NCBI GenBank assembly: GCA_035461105.1
Contig: DATHVV010000063.1
Location: 46,446-110,445, forward strand
Direction: 5' to 3'
From: Longimicrobiales bacterium
Lineage (GTDB): Bacteria > Gemmatimonadota > Gemmatimonadetes > Longimicrobiales > RSA9
Length of the DNA stretch: 64,000 bases
The notes under the pieces were generated by a model, which saw only the letters and a list, made by a program, of their open reading frames with translations, did no database searches and was not told the DNA's origin. The position numbers and the translations under genes are program-made. Below are positions 1 through 10,789 of the stretch, in pieces. The first letter of the stretch is position 1. Every line of letters starts with the position of its first letter.

Positions 1-1
1 T

Positions 2-520
2 GGGCGCGAACAGGTCGACGCCGTCGTAGCCCCAGCCGAACCGACCCGGGAACGCTGCCACCGGCATGAGCTCGACGACGTTGATCCCGAGCGCCGCGAG
101 CGGCTCCAGCCCGGCGGCGGCGGCCGGCCAGGTGCCGGCGGGCGTGAACGTGCCGACGTGCAGCTCGTAGATCACCGGGCGGGCGAGGTCCGGACCACGC
201 CACGCGTCGTCGCGCCAGCGGTACGCGCCCGGGTCCACCACCAGCGACGGGCCGTGCGGCCCGTCGGGCTGGAACCGGGAGGCGGGGTCCGGCCGCGGCT
301 CGGCGCCGTCCAGCGAGAAGCGGTAGCGGTCTCCCGGCGCGACCTCCGCCACGAGCGCGCTGAAGTAGCCGTTACCTTCCGCGCGGAGCCCCTGCCGGGC
401 GCCGCTCTCGAGGACGATCTCGACGCCTTGCGCGGCCGTCGTCCAAACACGGAAATGCACGCCACCCTGCGCCGCCGGTTCCGCTCCGACCGGCAGGCGC
501 CGCCCCGTCCCGCTCCTCAT
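2..520 (-). CDS. treZ: malto-oligosyltrehalose trehalohydrolase (GH13), N-terminal part; 3' end lies outside the window
   Basis: My own reverse-strand translation from ATG at 520 (absent from the ORF track because it runs off the edge): MRSGTGRRLPVGAEP..GVHFRVW..RPDPASRFQPDGPHGPSLVVDP..VIYELHVGTFTPAGTW..ELMPVAAFPGRFGWGYDGVDLFAP. These are the conserved TreZ N-terminal and barrel-start blocks. Confidence 0.8.
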   Translation of the reverse strand, partial: MRSGTGRRLPVGAEPAAQGGVHFRVWTTAAQGVEIVLESGARQGLRAEGNGYFSALVAEVAPGDRYRFSLDGAEPRPDPASRFQPDGPHGPSLVVDPGAYRWRDDAWRGPDLARPVIYELHVGTFTPAGTWPAAAAGLEPLAALGINVVELMPVAAFPGRFGWGYDGVDLFAP

Positions 521-625
521 CGCCCTCCCCTGCTGAGCCGCCGATCACCATGCAGGTTGAATACCTGCGGCTCCGGCAGTGCGTCACGCCGGGCGCGCCG
601 GGCGGAACGACGCTGCGGGGACGCC

Positions 626-1654
626 TCACTCGAGCAGCGCGTCCACGGCCGACGCCACGTCGATCAGTCCTTCGATCCACGGGTCGTAGCGCGCGCCCAG
701 GGCGACGTCGCGCGCCCAGTCCAGGGCGGCCCTTCCGCGCCATGCATCGGGCGGACTCGCCAGCGGATGCCGGCTCGTGCCCCGGTGCAGCTCCGCGGTG
801 AAGTCGCTCGCGGATCCCGGCACGTTGCGGAACGAGCCGCCGCCGTCCGTGCCGTAGAAGCTCACCTCGATGACCGCCTGCCGGCCGGTAGGCAGGTTCC
901 AGGAACAGGCCAGCCGCATGGTCGCGCCCGTGTCCAGCTCGAGCAGCGCGGCTGCGTAGTCTTCGGGCACGGACGCGCCGCGCGGGAGCAGCTCGCCGCG
1001 CGCGTAACGTCGGCTCCGGACACTCGTGACGCGCGGGAAGCCGAGCGTCCACAGCGCCAGATCGATGACCTGAGCGCCGAGCTCGACCACGCAGCCGGCG
1101 TCCGAGCCGGCGTCCGGGAGCGCAGGATCGCGCGGACCGTCCACCGCCCCCGCGCCGTGGAACACCAGGTCGATCGCATACACGTCCCCCAGCTCGCCGG
1201 CCTGTACGACCGAGCGCAGCACGCGCATGGCTTCCGTGCAGCGGTACGGGAGATCCACGCCGAGCCGCAGGTTCGCCCGTCTGGCCACGGCGATCACCGC
1301 ACGCGTCGCGGCGGTCGTAGCCGCGAGCGGTGGCTGGCAGAACGCGGGGATGCCCGCCTCGAGCGCGCGCAGCGCGGGAGTTGCGTCCGGCGCGCCGGAC
1401 GGCGCGATCACGATGCCATCGAGCGGCTGCCGCAGCAGCTCGTCCAGGGTACCCAGGCGGACGGCTCCGGGGACGATGCCCTCGAGCTCATGCAGCAAGG
1501 TCATCGACGGGTCCGCAACGGCGGCTACCTCCGCGACACCGCTCGCGGCGATGGCGCGCATGCGGTCGCGGGCGCTCGGCCCGGCGCCGAGGAAGCCGAG
1601 GCGCGGCGGCCGGCCCGGCGCCGTGGCCTTTGCGATCACGGTCGCGTCGCTCAT
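626..1654 (-). CDS. Gfo/Idh/MocA-family NAD(P)-dependent oxidoreductase
   Basis: ORF 626..1711 trimmed to MSDATV (ATG at 1654). It has an N-terminal Rossmann-like LGFLGAGPSARDRM and a Gfo/Idh/MocA-like alpha/beta C-terminal half. The start is uncertain because there is no clear SD. Confidence 0.7.
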   Translation of the reverse strand: MSDATVIAKATAPGRPPRLGFLGAGPSARDRMRAIAASGVAEVAAVADPSMTLLHELEGIVPGAVRLGTLDELLRQPLDGIVIAPSGAPDATPALRALEAGIPAFCQPPLAATTAATRAVIAVARRANLRLGVDLPYRCTEAMRVLRSVVQAGELGDVYAIDLVFHGAGAVDGPRDPALPDAGSDAGCVVELGAQVIDLALWTLGFPRVTSVRSRRYARGELLPRGASVPEDYAAALLELDTGATMRLACSWNLPTGRQAVIEVSFYGTDGGGSFRNVPGSASDFTAELHRGTSRHPLASPPDAWRGRAALDWARDVALGARYDPWIEGLIDVASAVDALLE

Positions 1655-1742
1655 GCGGGTAGGCGTTGAAGTGGCGGCGCCGCGCGAGCGCCTGCGAGGC
1701 GCCGGGTGCAAGCGTCATGCCCTGCGCCCCCCGGCCGGAGCG

Positions 1743-2636
1743 TCAGCTCTCGCTCTCCAGCTCGTCGAGCGTGCGCGGCCAGTCCGCGCCGAGCAGCTTC
1801 GAGAAGGCACGATCGGCGAGCAGGCGGCCATCCGTCTGGCACCGGGCGCAGTAGTTCGTCTCGTTCTGGGCGTAGACGATGCGCTGGATGGGAGCGCCGC
1901 ATACGCGGCACGGCTGGCCGTACCGGCCGTGGACGGACATGGCCGGGTGAAAGGCACTCACCTTCTCCGGGAATCGATCGCCGCACTCCTCGGCGAGGCG
2001 CGCCACCATCGCCGACAGCCAGGTGCGCGCGGCATCATGCAGTCGGCCAAGCTCCTCGCGGTTCAGTTGACGGGTCCGGCGCGCGGGCGACAGTCGCGCC
2101 AGAAAGAGAATTTCGTCGGAGTGCGCGTTGCCGATGCCGCTCACGATGCGCGGGTCGGTGAGCGCGCGCTTGAGCGTCCGGTTCTCACGGACCAGTGCCT
2201 CCGTGAATTCCCGGACGGAAGCGGTCAGCGGCTCGATCCCGCCGCGCCCGAGCGCCAGCACCGCCGCGCGGCCGCGCACGATGTGGAGAGAGGCGCGCTT
2301 GCGGGTGGCCGCCTCGGTGATCAGCAGGGTGCCGCTCGGGAACTCGAACGCAGCGTGCGCGCCCCGCTTCGGCGCGGCCGTGCCTGCCGCGCGCCAGCGG
2401 AGTCGGCCGGCGATCATGAGGTGCAGCACCGCGAAGAGGTCATCGTCGAAGCCGAGCCCGATACGCTTGCCGAGGCGGAAGACCTCGCGAACGCGGTGTC
2501 CCGCGAGGGCCGTCGGGGGAGGATCGAAAGTGCGGAGCAGCGAGGGCGAGAGGACGCGCAGTCCAAGCAGAGGCTGGTCGAGCGTGCGGGCGCGCAACGC
2601 CCGGACGTAGATCTCGACTTCCGGCAGCTCCGGCAT
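1743..2636 (-). CDS. Fpg/Nei-family DNA glycosylase / AP lyase
   Basis: N-terminal MPELPEVE catalytic signature, an H2TH region (GIGNAHSDEILF) and a C-terminal zinc finger (CRVCGAPI...YCARCQ). Confidence 0.9.
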   Translation of the reverse strand: MPELPEVEIYVRALRARTLDQPLLGLRVLSPSLLRTFDPPPTALAGHRVREVFRLGKRIGLGFDDDLFAVLHLMIAGRLRWRAAGTAAPKRGAHAAFEFPSGTLLITEAATRKRASLHIVRGRAAVLALGRGGIEPLTASVREFTEALVRENRTLKRALTDPRIVSGIGNAHSDEILFLARLSPARRTRQLNREELGRLHDAARTWLSAMVARLAEECGDRFPEKVSAFHPAMSVHGRYGQPCRVCGAPIQRIVYAQNETNYCARCQTDGRLLADRAFSKLLGADWPRTLDELESES

Positions 2637-2648
2637 GCGCGCCCCCGG

Positions 2649-4535
2649 CTAGCCCTCACCCTCGAGATACGTGTAGCCGGCCAGGCCGTCCACGTAGTCG
2701 GCGATGAACGTATTCGCCTCGCCGCGCGGTAGCCGTGCGTTGTGCACCTTGCGGCGGAACGTCGTGACCAGGTCCTGGGCGCTGAACTGCACGTAGTTGA
2801 GGACCTCGGTGACGGTGTCGCCGTGGACCAGGTCGCCGATCTCGTAGCCGCTCGATGTCAGCTTGATGTGCACGGCGTTGGTGTCGCCGAACAGGTTATG
2901 CATGTCGCCCAGGATCTCCTGGTACGCCCCCGTGATGAAGATGCCGAGCACGTACGGCTCGCCGTGTCGGAACGGGTGCAGCTCCAGGTTCCGCTTCGGC
3001 TTCCGCCAGCCGGCGAAGCGGTCGATCTTGCCATCCGAATCGCAGGTCATGTCCTGCAGCGTACCGCGGCGCGTCGGCTCCTCGTCGAGCCGGTGCACGG
3101 GCATGATCGGGAAGATCTGGTCGATCGCCCAGGAGTCGGGCAGCGACTGGAACAGCGAGAAGTTGCAGAAGTACCGGTCGGTGAGCACCACCGACAGATC
3201 GGGCAGGATGTCCTCGTACTCCTCTTCGTCACGGGAGGCCAGCTGGGCGATCCGGTTGATGATCGCCAGGTAGAGCTGTTCCGCCATGGCGCGCTCGCGC
3301 AGCGACAGCACACCGCTGTTGAAGTGCGAGTTGATCGTCTCCTTCGCGAACACCGCATCGTGGTAGATCTCGCGCAGCGAGCGGGTGTCCACCTCCTTGA
3401 GCGCGGCGGCCAGCTCGTGCACGATGGGGTGCGCATCGTCGTCGATGGTCTCGGGCACGACCGCGACCTGCGCTTCCAGGTCCACGACGTTGATGAGCAG
3501 CAGCGCATGGTGGGCGGTGAGCGCGCGCCCCGATTCCGAGATCACGTGCGGCATGGGCAGCTCGTTCTCGCGGCAGGCCTCGGCGAGCGAGTAGATGATG
3601 TCGTTCGCGTACTCCTGCACCGAGTAGTTGACCGAGGCGGAGCCGGTCGAGCGGGTGCCATCGTAGTCGACACCCAGGCCGCCGCCCACGTCCACGTACT
3701 CGATGCCCACGCCCAGCTGCCGCAGCTCCACGTAGAAGCGCGAGACCTCGGCCATCGCCGCCTTGATGTTGCGGATGTCCGGGACCTGCGAGCCGAGGTG
3801 GAAGTGCAGCATCTTCAGGATGTCGGGCGCCCCCGCGGCGTTCAGCCGGTCCACCGCCTCGACCAGCTGCGCCGAGGTCAGCCCGAACTTGCTCTTCTCG
3901 CCCGCCGACTCCGACCAGCGACCCGCCCCCGTGGTCGACAGCTTCACCCGGATCCCTGCGGTCGGAGTCACGTCCAGCTCGCGGGCCACCTTGAGCAGGA
4001 CGTCGACCTCGCTGAGCTTCTCGATCACCATGAGCACGGTATGGCCCAGCTTCTGCCCCATGAGCGCGAGCCGGACGTACTCCTCGTCCTTGTAACCGTT
4101 GCATACGATGATGTGATCGCTGCGCTCGGTGAGCGCGAGCACCGCCTGCAGCTCCGGCTTGCTGCCCACCTCCAGCCCGACGCCGTGCGACTCGCCGAAT
4201 TCGACGATCTCCTCGATCACGTGCCGCTGCTGGTTCACCTTGATCGGGTAGACCGTCGTGTACTCGCCCTGGTAGCCGAACTCCGCCCGGGCCGCCTCGA
4301 AGCGGTCCGAGAGCGTCTGGATGCGGGTTCGCAGGATGTCCGAGAACCGCAGCAGCAGTGGCAGCCGGATGCCCTGCGCCTCGAGGTCCATGGCCAGCTC
4401 GTAAAGGTCGAGTCCGCGCTCCCGCTCCTTGGTCGGGTGCACGGTGACGTGGCCCTTCTCGTTGATCTCGAAGTAGCCGATGCCCCAGCCTTCGATGTTG
4501 TACAGCTCGCGTGCGTCCTCGAGAGTCCAGCTCAT
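2649..4535 (-). CDS. speA: biosynthetic arginine decarboxylase
   Basis: ORF 2649..4622 trimmed to MSWTLEDARELYNIEGWG (ATG at 4535, GGAGCGA upstream). Full-length similarity to SpeA, e.g. YPIKVNQQ, HFHLGSQ, CDSDGKID. Confidence 0.9.
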   Translation of the reverse strand: MSWTLEDARELYNIEGWGIGYFEINEKGHVTVHPTKERERGLDLYELAMDLEAQGIRLPLLLRFSDILRTRIQTLSDRFEAARAEFGYQGEYTTVYPIKVNQQRHVIEEIVEFGESHGVGLEVGSKPELQAVLALTERSDHIIVCNGYKDEEYVRLALMGQKLGHTVLMVIEKLSEVDVLLKVARELDVTPTAGIRVKLSTTGAGRWSESAGEKSKFGLTSAQLVEAVDRLNAAGAPDILKMLHFHLGSQVPDIRNIKAAMAEVSRFYVELRQLGVGIEYVDVGGGLGVDYDGTRSTGSASVNYSVQEYANDIIYSLAEACRENELPMPHVISESGRALTAHHALLLINVVDLEAQVAVVPETIDDDAHPIVHELAAALKEVDTRSLREIYHDAVFAKETINSHFNSGVLSLRERAMAEQLYLAIINRIAQLASRDEEEYEDILPDLSVVLTDRYFCNFSLFQSLPDSWAIDQIFPIMPVHRLDEEPTRRGTLQDMTCDSDGKIDRFAGWRKPKRNLELHPFRHGEPYVLGIFITGAYQEILGDMHNLFGDTNAVHIKLTSSGYEIGDLVHGDTVTEVLNYVQFSAQDLVTTFRRKVHNARLPRGEANTFIADYVDGLAGYTYLEGEG

Positions 4536-4677
4536 GTCGCTCCGGCTCGATAGTCGTGGACCGCGTGGGCGGCAGGAATCCGGGAAGATGCGAAGGAAGC
4601 GGCACGCTGAAAAGGCCGGCACCAGCCTGGCGGCGGAGCCGGCCGGGCCCGCGCCGGCGCGCGCGAAGAGCCCGGGA

Positions 4678-4707
4678 GCGAGGGCGAGCCTGCTGCTTCG
4701 CCCTCGC
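4678..4707 (-). terminator. GC hairpin (GCGAGGGCGA / TCGCCCTCGC, 10-nt loop) just downstream of the M14 peptidase gene; no U-tract
   Basis: The perfect 10-bp inverted repeat was read directly. It is a member of the GAGGGCGA-core intergenic family. Confidence 0.4.
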
Positions 4708-4718
4708 CCCGCCCGACA

Positions 4719-7649
4719 TCAGGGCGCGGCCGCCGCGACTCCGGCGGCGGGCCCGCTCACGCCGAGGCTGCCGTGATGCAGCAGCGCGTTGAACAGCAGC
4801 GGATACGAGCCTAGCGTCTCGGAGCGCCAGAACGGGTTGAAGCTGAACAGCAGCACGTGTCCCCTGCCGTAGCTCACGTCGATCAGGGCCGGCGCGTTCG
4901 CCAGCGCGTCGCCACCCCGCAGGCCGCCGCTGATCAGCAGGTCCTTTGGCTGCTCCGCGAAGCGCATCACCACTCGAGCGTCCCGGATCGCCTGCGCCGG
5001 CGTGGGCGTGGAGTCCGGGTTCTCGCGCCGGAACTCCTCGACCCGATCGCCGCCCAGATCGCGGGCGCGGCCCTGCACGATGTCCGGCTCGTCCAGGCCG
5101 CCGCGGCTGCTGCGCCGTGCGGTGGTGCTGACTTCCGCTGGAGAGCGGGGTGCGGCCGCCGGACGTGCGGCTGCGCCGAAGCCCCCGGGCGCGCCGGGTC
5201 CGCCGGCGATCGCGAACACCGGCGCGGTGTTGAAGTAGACGCCCAGCTCCTCGTCGAAGCCGTACCCCAGCGGGCTCGCGGGATCCACGATGCGGCTGCG
5301 GAAGACGCCACCGCGAGCCCAGAGCGAGGGCGTCTCCCGGATCTGCACGCCCGGAGTCATCCCGAAGTGCACCGGCAGTACCGATGTGTTCTGCAGCGTG
5401 ATCAGCGTGCCGCCGGCCTTCACGAAGTTCGACAGGTTGAGCACGCCGGTGAGCTCGAGGCCGCCGCGCATGTCGGGGCTGGACGCCTGCCGGCCGAGGT
5501 TCGGGGTGAGCGCGGTCTTCTGCCACGGCAGCGGCTGCTCGCCCTGCAGACCGTTCAGCAGCACCAGCGCGCTGTTCGTCGCCGGCCCGAAGATGAGCAC
5601 GTCGTAGCGGTCACCCAGCCGCGCGTCGTCGCGCACGTCGTGCACCGAGATGTACTCGTACGGCACCCCGTACTCGTCCAGCCCGATCCGCACCCAGCCT
5701 TCGTTCTGGGTGGTGGTCCAGGTGTGCACCACCGCGACGCGCGGCACCACGACCGGGTGGGTCGCGACCGCCGGCACGTCGGCCACGCCGCGCGCCACGA
5801 ATCCGTATTCCGCCGTGGCCCGCTCCAGCAGCGCCGCCAGGTTGTCGGGATTCCCGCGTGCCGGGATGATGAACGAGCCCGCGGGATAGCCATGGCCGCC
5901 GCTCTCGAAGGCCACTTCGGCCGCGAGCACGCGCAGCCTGCGGTGTGCGAAGCGGAACGCGGCCAGCCCGTTTTCGGCCCGGTTCGCGATCACGAACGCG
6001 CGCGCACCCGCGGCGTCTGCGACGGCACCGCCGGCCCGGACGGGCTCGGTGATCCGCGTCATCGCTGTCCCGAGCAGAGTCGTGTCCTCGACCCGCACGC
6101 TCCGCGTGTTGTAGAGCGGCGCGAGCGTCCAGCCGACATCGTCGTAGGGGGCGGGGTCCTCCGGGTTGTAGTACTGCCGGTCGAGCAGCATGTCCGCGGC
6201 GCGCGAGAACGGCTGGTCCATGCGCACCACCATGCTGCCCGGCGGGAACGTATCGGTCGCCGTCGCCGCCGGCGCGTCGAGCCGGTGCACCTCGATGCCG
6301 TGCCGCTGCAGCAGCTGCAGCAGTCGCGCCTGCTGCCCGGGCCGCGGATCGGACGCCGGGAAGACGTACCCGGCCGGGCCCTCGGCGCGGGCCTTCGCGA
6401 CGGCGCGCTGGCTCTTCAGGTAGAAGCTCCGCAGATACTCGGTGCGGTTCCCGGCGACCTCGCCGAGCGCGACCAGCAGCGCACTCTGCTGCAGGTTCAC
6501 GTTGTTGCGGATCGACCAGACCACCTCGGGCAGCGGCGTGTTCGGCCGGTGCCAGGCCCGGTCCACGCTCGTGCGCACGATGCGGTTCGAGGCGTCGCCC
6601 GCCCCCTGAGTCTCGTAGAAGCGGCCGATCGAGTTGCGGATGTTCGCGGTCCAGAGCAGGTAATTGGGCGACCAGCCGTCGTAGAAATCGAACGTGTAGA
6701 CCCCGGGCACGCCGTAACCGGTCAGCGCCTCCACCTCGCGATGCGCGAGCCGGTACCACTCGCTGATCAGCACCGGGTCCACCCAGGCGTTGTATGGCCC
6801 GCGACCGGTCGACGTGTACAGGTACGAGGCGGACTCGTGCAGGTCGTGCAGCACCGTCGGGTTCCATTCCAGGAAATGACGGGTGACGTGCCGCGAGAGC
6901 TGCAGCGCGAGCCCGATGTTGTCGCGGTTGTTGTCGTGGGCGACGTACTTGCCCCAGTACGCCAGGCGGCTGGCCACGTTCGCCTTCGGGTCCCGGCGCT
7001 TCGCCATGTGCAGGTCGACCTGCTTGGCGCGGCCATCCACCTCGAGCACCGGTGTCAGCATCACGATCAGGTTATCGCGGATCCGGCGTACCGCCTCCGA
7101 TTCGTCCACCGCCAGCCGATACGCCAGCTCCATCAGCATCTCCGGCGAGCCGGTCTCGGGCGAATGGATGGCTCCCGTCGCCCAGTAGACCGGCTTCGCC
7201 TGCGCGATCAGCAGCTCCGCCTCGGACGGGGGCGTGCGGCGCGGATCCGCGAGCCGGGCCAGCAGGTCGCGATATTCGTCCAGCCGGGCGATCGTCGGCG
7301 CGTCGGAGATGACCACCACGATCAGCTCGCGACCTTCCTCGCTCTCGCCGAGCGACAGCACGCGGACCCGGTCGGAGGCCGCCTCGATGGCACGCATGTA
7401 GGCGTGCACGTCCTCGGGGTACGTGAGCACATTGGGCGCGCCGGCGATATGCCCGAGCACCGCGAGCGGCGTCGGCACCGTCTCCGACTTCGGCAGATAG
7501 TCGACGAGCGGCGTGAGGAAGAACGGCTCGGTCGTGTAGGCGCGGATCTGAACGCCGTACGCCGAGTCCTGCGGCTGCTGGCCGAAGGCCGCGGTTGAAA
7601 GCAGCAGGAGCGCGACCGCCAGCCGCAGCGCGCGAAGCATCGGGGCCAT
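4719..7649 (-). CDS. secreted M14-family metallocarboxypeptidase-like protein (large, multi-domain)
   Basis: Signal peptide MAPMLRALRLAVALLLLSTAAFGQQ. The N-terminal region resembles the zinc carboxypeptidase fold (..IHSPETGSPEM..). GAGG lies upstream of the ATG. 976 aa. Confidence 0.75.
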   Translation of the reverse strand: MAPMLRALRLAVALLLLSTAAFGQQPQDSAYGVQIRAYTTEPFFLTPLVDYLPKSETVPTPLAVLGHIAGAPNVLTYPEDVHAYMRAIEAASDRVRVLSLGESEEGRELIVVVISDAPTIARLDEYRDLLARLADPRRTPPSEAELLIAQAKPVYWATGAIHSPETGSPEMLMELAYRLAVDESEAVRRIRDNLIVMLTPVLEVDGRAKQVDLHMAKRRDPKANVASRLAYWGKYVAHDNNRDNIGLALQLSRHVTRHFLEWNPTVLHDLHESASYLYTSTGRGPYNAWVDPVLISEWYRLAHREVEALTGYGVPGVYTFDFYDGWSPNYLLWTANIRNSIGRFYETQGAGDASNRIVRTSVDRAWHRPNTPLPEVVWSIRNNVNLQQSALLVALGEVAGNRTEYLRSFYLKSQRAVAKARAEGPAGYVFPASDPRPGQQARLLQLLQRHGIEVHRLDAPAATATDTFPPGSMVVRMDQPFSRAADMLLDRQYYNPEDPAPYDDVGWTLAPLYNTRSVRVEDTTLLGTAMTRITEPVRAGGAVADAAGARAFVIANRAENGLAAFRFAHRRLRVLAAEVAFESGGHGYPAGSFIIPARGNPDNLAALLERATAEYGFVARGVADVPAVATHPVVVPRVAVVHTWTTTQNEGWVRIGLDEYGVPYEYISVHDVRDDARLGDRYDVLIFGPATNSALVLLNGLQGEQPLPWQKTALTPNLGRQASSPDMRGGLELTGVLNLSNFVKAGGTLITLQNTSVLPVHFGMTPGVQIRETPSLWARGGVFRSRIVDPASPLGYGFDEELGVYFNTAPVFAIAGGPGAPGGFGAAARPAAAPRSPAEVSTTARRSSRGGLDEPDIVQGRARDLGGDRVEEFRRENPDSTPTPAQAIRDARVVMRFAEQPKDLLISGGLRGGDALANAPALIDVSYGRGHVLLFSFNPFWRSETLGSYPLLFNALLHHGSLGVSGPAAGVAAAAP

Positions 7650-7875
7650 AGGACCTCATCGGGGAAAGGAACGCGGGCGCACCCGCATGATGCCCCGGCG
7701 CCCGGAACCCGACAAGCCCGAACCTGCGCGCAGTCGGACGACACCGCCGGCGTCCCCATGAACGAACCAGGCGACCGGCGGCCCGGGAGCCGATTCGGGG
7801 ACGCCCCCTGCCGGCCGAGGTCGAAGCGGTCGGCCACGGTCTCAGTCCGCAGTCCCTCGCCCTCGACCCTGCCGC

Positions 7876-8901
7876 TCAGATCCAGTCGCGCCGGCGGAAG
7901 AACGTGAACAGCGAGCCAGCCACCGCCAGCATGATCGCCACCGCGACGAAGTAGCCGTAGCGCCAGCTCAGCTCGGGCATGTGCCGGAAGTTCATGCCGT
8001 AGACGCCGGAAACCACGGCCATGCTCATCAGGATGATCGACCAGGCGGTCATCATGCGGACGGTCGCGTTGAGCTGGTTGGACGAGATCGAGAGCTGACC
8101 CTCGAGGGTGGCGGCCAGCAGGTCGCGCAGCACGTCCAGCTCCTCCGCGATGCGCATGGCGTGGTCGCGGATGTCCATGAAGTACGGGATCAGCTCGGCG
8201 TTGATGAACGGGAGGTCGCGGCGCACGACGTCGCCCAGCATGTCACGCTCCGGGCCGACCACGCGCCGGAACAGCACCAGCTCGCGGCGCAGGCCGAGGA
8301 TGTCCTGCATCGCGGCCGGGGCGGCGTCATCGAAGATCTCGGTCTCGAGCTCGGCGACGCGCTCCGCGAAGTGCTCCATGATCGGGAAGTAGTCGTCGAC
8401 CACGGCATCGATGAGCGCGTGGGCCAGGTGGCCGACCTCGCGGAAGAGCGTGGGTGCGGCGCGCCAGCGGGCGAGCACGGCCCGCAACTCCGGGATGCCG
8501 TGATCGCGCACCGTGATCAGGAACCCCGCGCCGATAATAAGGTGCAGCTCGGTGAACGCGACGCGGTTGCGCTCGGGGTTGATGTGCGCCGCGTAGGACA
8601 CGATGAAGAGGTGCGACCCGAAGCGGTCGATCTTCGGCCGCTGCCGGCCGCGCAGGCAGTCCTCGACCGCGAGCTGGTGGATACCGAGTCCGCGCAGGAA
8701 CTCGCCCTCGCTTTCGGCAGGGGCGACGATGTCCAGCCAGATCGGCGGGCCGTCCGGCGCAGCGAGCGGTGCGCCCAGCATGGCGCGGATCCGCTCGCCC
8801 GCCTCGGCCACGGGGATGGCGCGCACCCGCGTGCCGTCGGCGCGGAACGCGCGCACGCGGGTGTGGCTGCCCTGCTCCGACTCGGCCAGGTCCGGCTCCA
8901 T
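7876..8901 (-). CDS. corA: CorA-family Mg2+/Co2+ transporter
   Basis: C-terminal YGMNF motif followed by two TM helices. The upstream gene's stop abuts the start (TGAATG). Confidence 0.85.
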   Translation of the reverse strand: MEPDLAESEQGSHTRVRAFRADGTRVRAIPVAEAGERIRAMLGAPLAAPDGPPIWLDIVAPAESEGEFLRGLGIHQLAVEDCLRGRQRPKIDRFGSHLFIVSYAAHINPERNRVAFTELHLIIGAGFLITVRDHGIPELRAVLARWRAAPTLFREVGHLAHALIDAVVDDYFPIMEHFAERVAELETEIFDDAAPAAMQDILGLRRELVLFRRVVGPERDMLGDVVRRDLPFINAELIPYFMDIRDHAMRIAEELDVLRDLLAATLEGQLSISSNQLNATVRMMTAWSIILMSMAVVSGVYGMNFRHMPELSWRYGYFVAVAIMLAVAGSLFTFFRRRDWI

Positions 8902-10602
8902 TCAGCGGCTGCCGCCCAGCATCTGCTCGCGCCGCGCGCGGAACTCCGTGCCCGGGCTCCACTCCGGCCAGGTCTCGGCCTGGGCGACCCGGTAGCCGAC
9001 CTCGAGCAGGATCTGGGCGTCCTCCACGGCCCCGGAGAGGTCCCAGTCCGGCTTGATCTCGTCGCTCGGCTTGTGGTAGTCGTTCGCCGTGTATTCCTCG
9101 CGCTTGCGCTGGCTGAAGTCCGTCGGCTTGCCGATGTACTGCGTGCCGCCGCGGATGTAGAGCGCGGGCACGCCCTGCTTCGCGAACTCGAAGTGGTCGG
9201 AGCGGTAATAGAACCCCTTCTCCGGCTCGGCATCGGGCGCGAGCGTGCGTCCGCGCGGTGCCACCGCCAGTGCGAGGACGTCGTCCAGGGTGGAGTTGCC
9301 CAGGCCGATCACGCCCAGGTCGCTGGTGCGCCCCCACTGGTTCACGCCATCCATGTTGATGTTGGCAAGCGTCTGCGTGAGCGGATAGAGCGGGTTCTCG
9401 GCATAGTACTTCGCGCCCAGCAGACCCTTCTCCTCCGCGGTCACGGCCAGGAACAGGATGGAGCGCTTGGGGCGCGGCTGGTTCTGGGCGAACGCTTTCG
9501 CGATCTCCAGCATGGCGGCCGTGCCGGAGGCATTGTCGAGCGCGCCATTGAAGATCTGGTCGCCGCTGCGCGTCGTATCCCGGCCGAGGTGGTCCCAGTG
9601 CGCGGTGTAGATGATGTACTCGTCCGGGCGCTCGGTGCCGGTCAGCTTCGCGATCACGTTCCTCGACTGCACCTCGCGCAGCTGGTTGCGGATCGTGAAG
9701 CTGGCCGTGCCGTTCAGCGGCACCGGCCGGAAATCCTGCCGGCGCGCGGCCGCCTTGAGCTGGTCGAAATCCTGGCCGGCCGCGGCCAGCACCCGGCGGG
9801 CCGCGGGCTCGGTCAGCCAGCCCTGCACCGGCACGGGGGGGGCGCTGCCGAGCGGTGCGCGCACGTCGAACGTCTCGCGGCCCCAGCCGGCGGAGAGCAC
9901 CTCGAAGGGGTAGCCGGCGGGTCCGGTCTCATGCACGATCAGCGCGGCCGCCGCTCCCTTCTCCGCCGCGATCTGGTACTTGTACGTCCAGCGTCCGTAG
10001 AGCGTCATGGCGCGGCCGCGGAAGATCGCGGTGTCGAGCACCGCGCTGTCGGCTGCGCTCGGCACGGGCGGATCGTTCACCAGCATGACGATCGTCTTGC
10101 CGCGCACGTCCACGCCCTTGAAATCGTCCCAGCCGTACTCCGGGGCGACGACGCCGTAGCCGACGAACACCAGCTCGCTGTCCGCGACGCGCACCTCCGG
10201 CTCCGCGCGCAGCGTGCTCGCGATGTAGTCGGTCGGTCCGTTCAGCGGCATCGCCGAGCCGGCGATCCGCAGCGAGCCGGCCACGTCCGAGGTGATGCCG
10301 ACCATCGGCACGTTCTGCACGTAGGTGCCATCCGGGTTGCCCGGCTCCAGGCCCATCGCCTGGAACTGCTCCGTCAGGTAGCGCACGGTGCGTTCCTCGC
10401 CGGGCGTGGCCGGGGCGCGCCCCTCCATGCTGTCGTCGGCCAGGACGCGAATGTGCGCGAGCATGCTTTCGGCGGTGATCCGGGCGAATGCCGGCTGCAG
10501 CCCTTCCAGGTCGGGCTCGTCGGTCGCGGTCGCGGGCTCATCGGCGACACAGCCGACGCCGAGCAGCGCCAGAATCAGCGAAGTGGCGTATACGGGCTTC
10601 AA
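8902..10602 (-). CDS. M28-family aminopeptidase with PA domain (probable lipoprotein)
   Basis: ORF 8902..10845 trimmed to a TTG at 10602 preceded by [23 protein letters not shown] is a signal/lipobox-like sequence. M28 blocks are present: [37 protein letters not shown]. Confidence 0.8.
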   Translation of the reverse strand: MKPVYATSLILALLGVGCVADEPATATDEPDLEGLQPAFARITAESMLAHIRVLADDSMEGRAPATPGEERTVRYLTEQFQAMGLEPGNPDGTYVQNVPMVGITSDVAGSLRIAGSAMPLNGPTDYIASTLRAEPEVRVADSELVFVGYGVVAPEYGWDDFKGVDVRGKTIVMLVNDPPVPSAADSAVLDTAIFRGRAMTLYGRWTYKYQIAAEKGAAAALIVHETGPAGYPFEVLSAGWGRETFDVRAPLGSAPPVPVQGWLTEPAARRVLAAAGQDFDQLKAAARRQDFRPVPLNGTASFTIRNQLREVQSRNVIAKLTGTERPDEYIIYTAHWDHLGRDTTRSGDQIFNGALDNASGTAAMLEIAKAFAQNQPRPKRSILFLAVTAEEKGLLGAKYYAENPLYPLTQTLANINMDGVNQWGRTSDLGVIGLGNSTLDDVLALAVAPRGRTLAPDAEPEKGFYYRSDHFEFAKQGVPALYIRGGTQYIGKPTDFSQRKREEYTANDYHKPSDEIKPDWDLSGAVEDAQILLEVGYRVAQAETWPEWSPGTEFRARREQMLGGSR

Positions 10603-10789
10603 GGGAGACCTCCATGGTCGAGAGTCGATGGCGCAATGTAAGCGGCGGCGCCGCGGGCGGCATGAGGGCGGGCGCGCGCGGTGCCGGCAGCTCCGCCCGG
10701 AGCGGAAGCGGCCGGCGCCCGCTGCCGGGGTCAGCGGCCGCGGACAGCACCGACTGGTGCGATGCGGGCGCCGGGCGCGAGATTGGCCC

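Noticed and set aside
2742-4553. 603-aa plus-strand ORF covering the whole speA locus
   Set aside because: It is antisense to a gene with an unmistakable SpeA sequence. Its composition is dominated by R/A/G/H/D/V/L with no recognisable motif. It is a typical stop-free shadow frame of a high-GC gene.
4857-7598. 913-aa plus-strand ORF opposite the M14 peptidase gene
   Set aside because: The same shadow-ORF pattern applies. The minus-strand product has a signal peptide and natural composition, and this one does not.
7816-7875. Possible hairpin pairing GGCCGAGGTCGAAGCGG with CCCTCGCCCTCGACC downstream of corA
   Set aside because: Only about 6-7 contiguous complementary bases (GGTCGA/TCGACC) are present. 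I keep the C-rich motif as a member of the GAGGGCGA family but do not call a terminator.
7981-10641. 886-aa plus-strand ORF spanning corA and the M28 peptidase
   Set aside because: It crosses two well-supported minus-strand genes (GMN motif; M28 zinc-site blocks). Its sequence is low-complexity and Arg/Ala/Gly/His-rich, so it is a GC-driven artefact.
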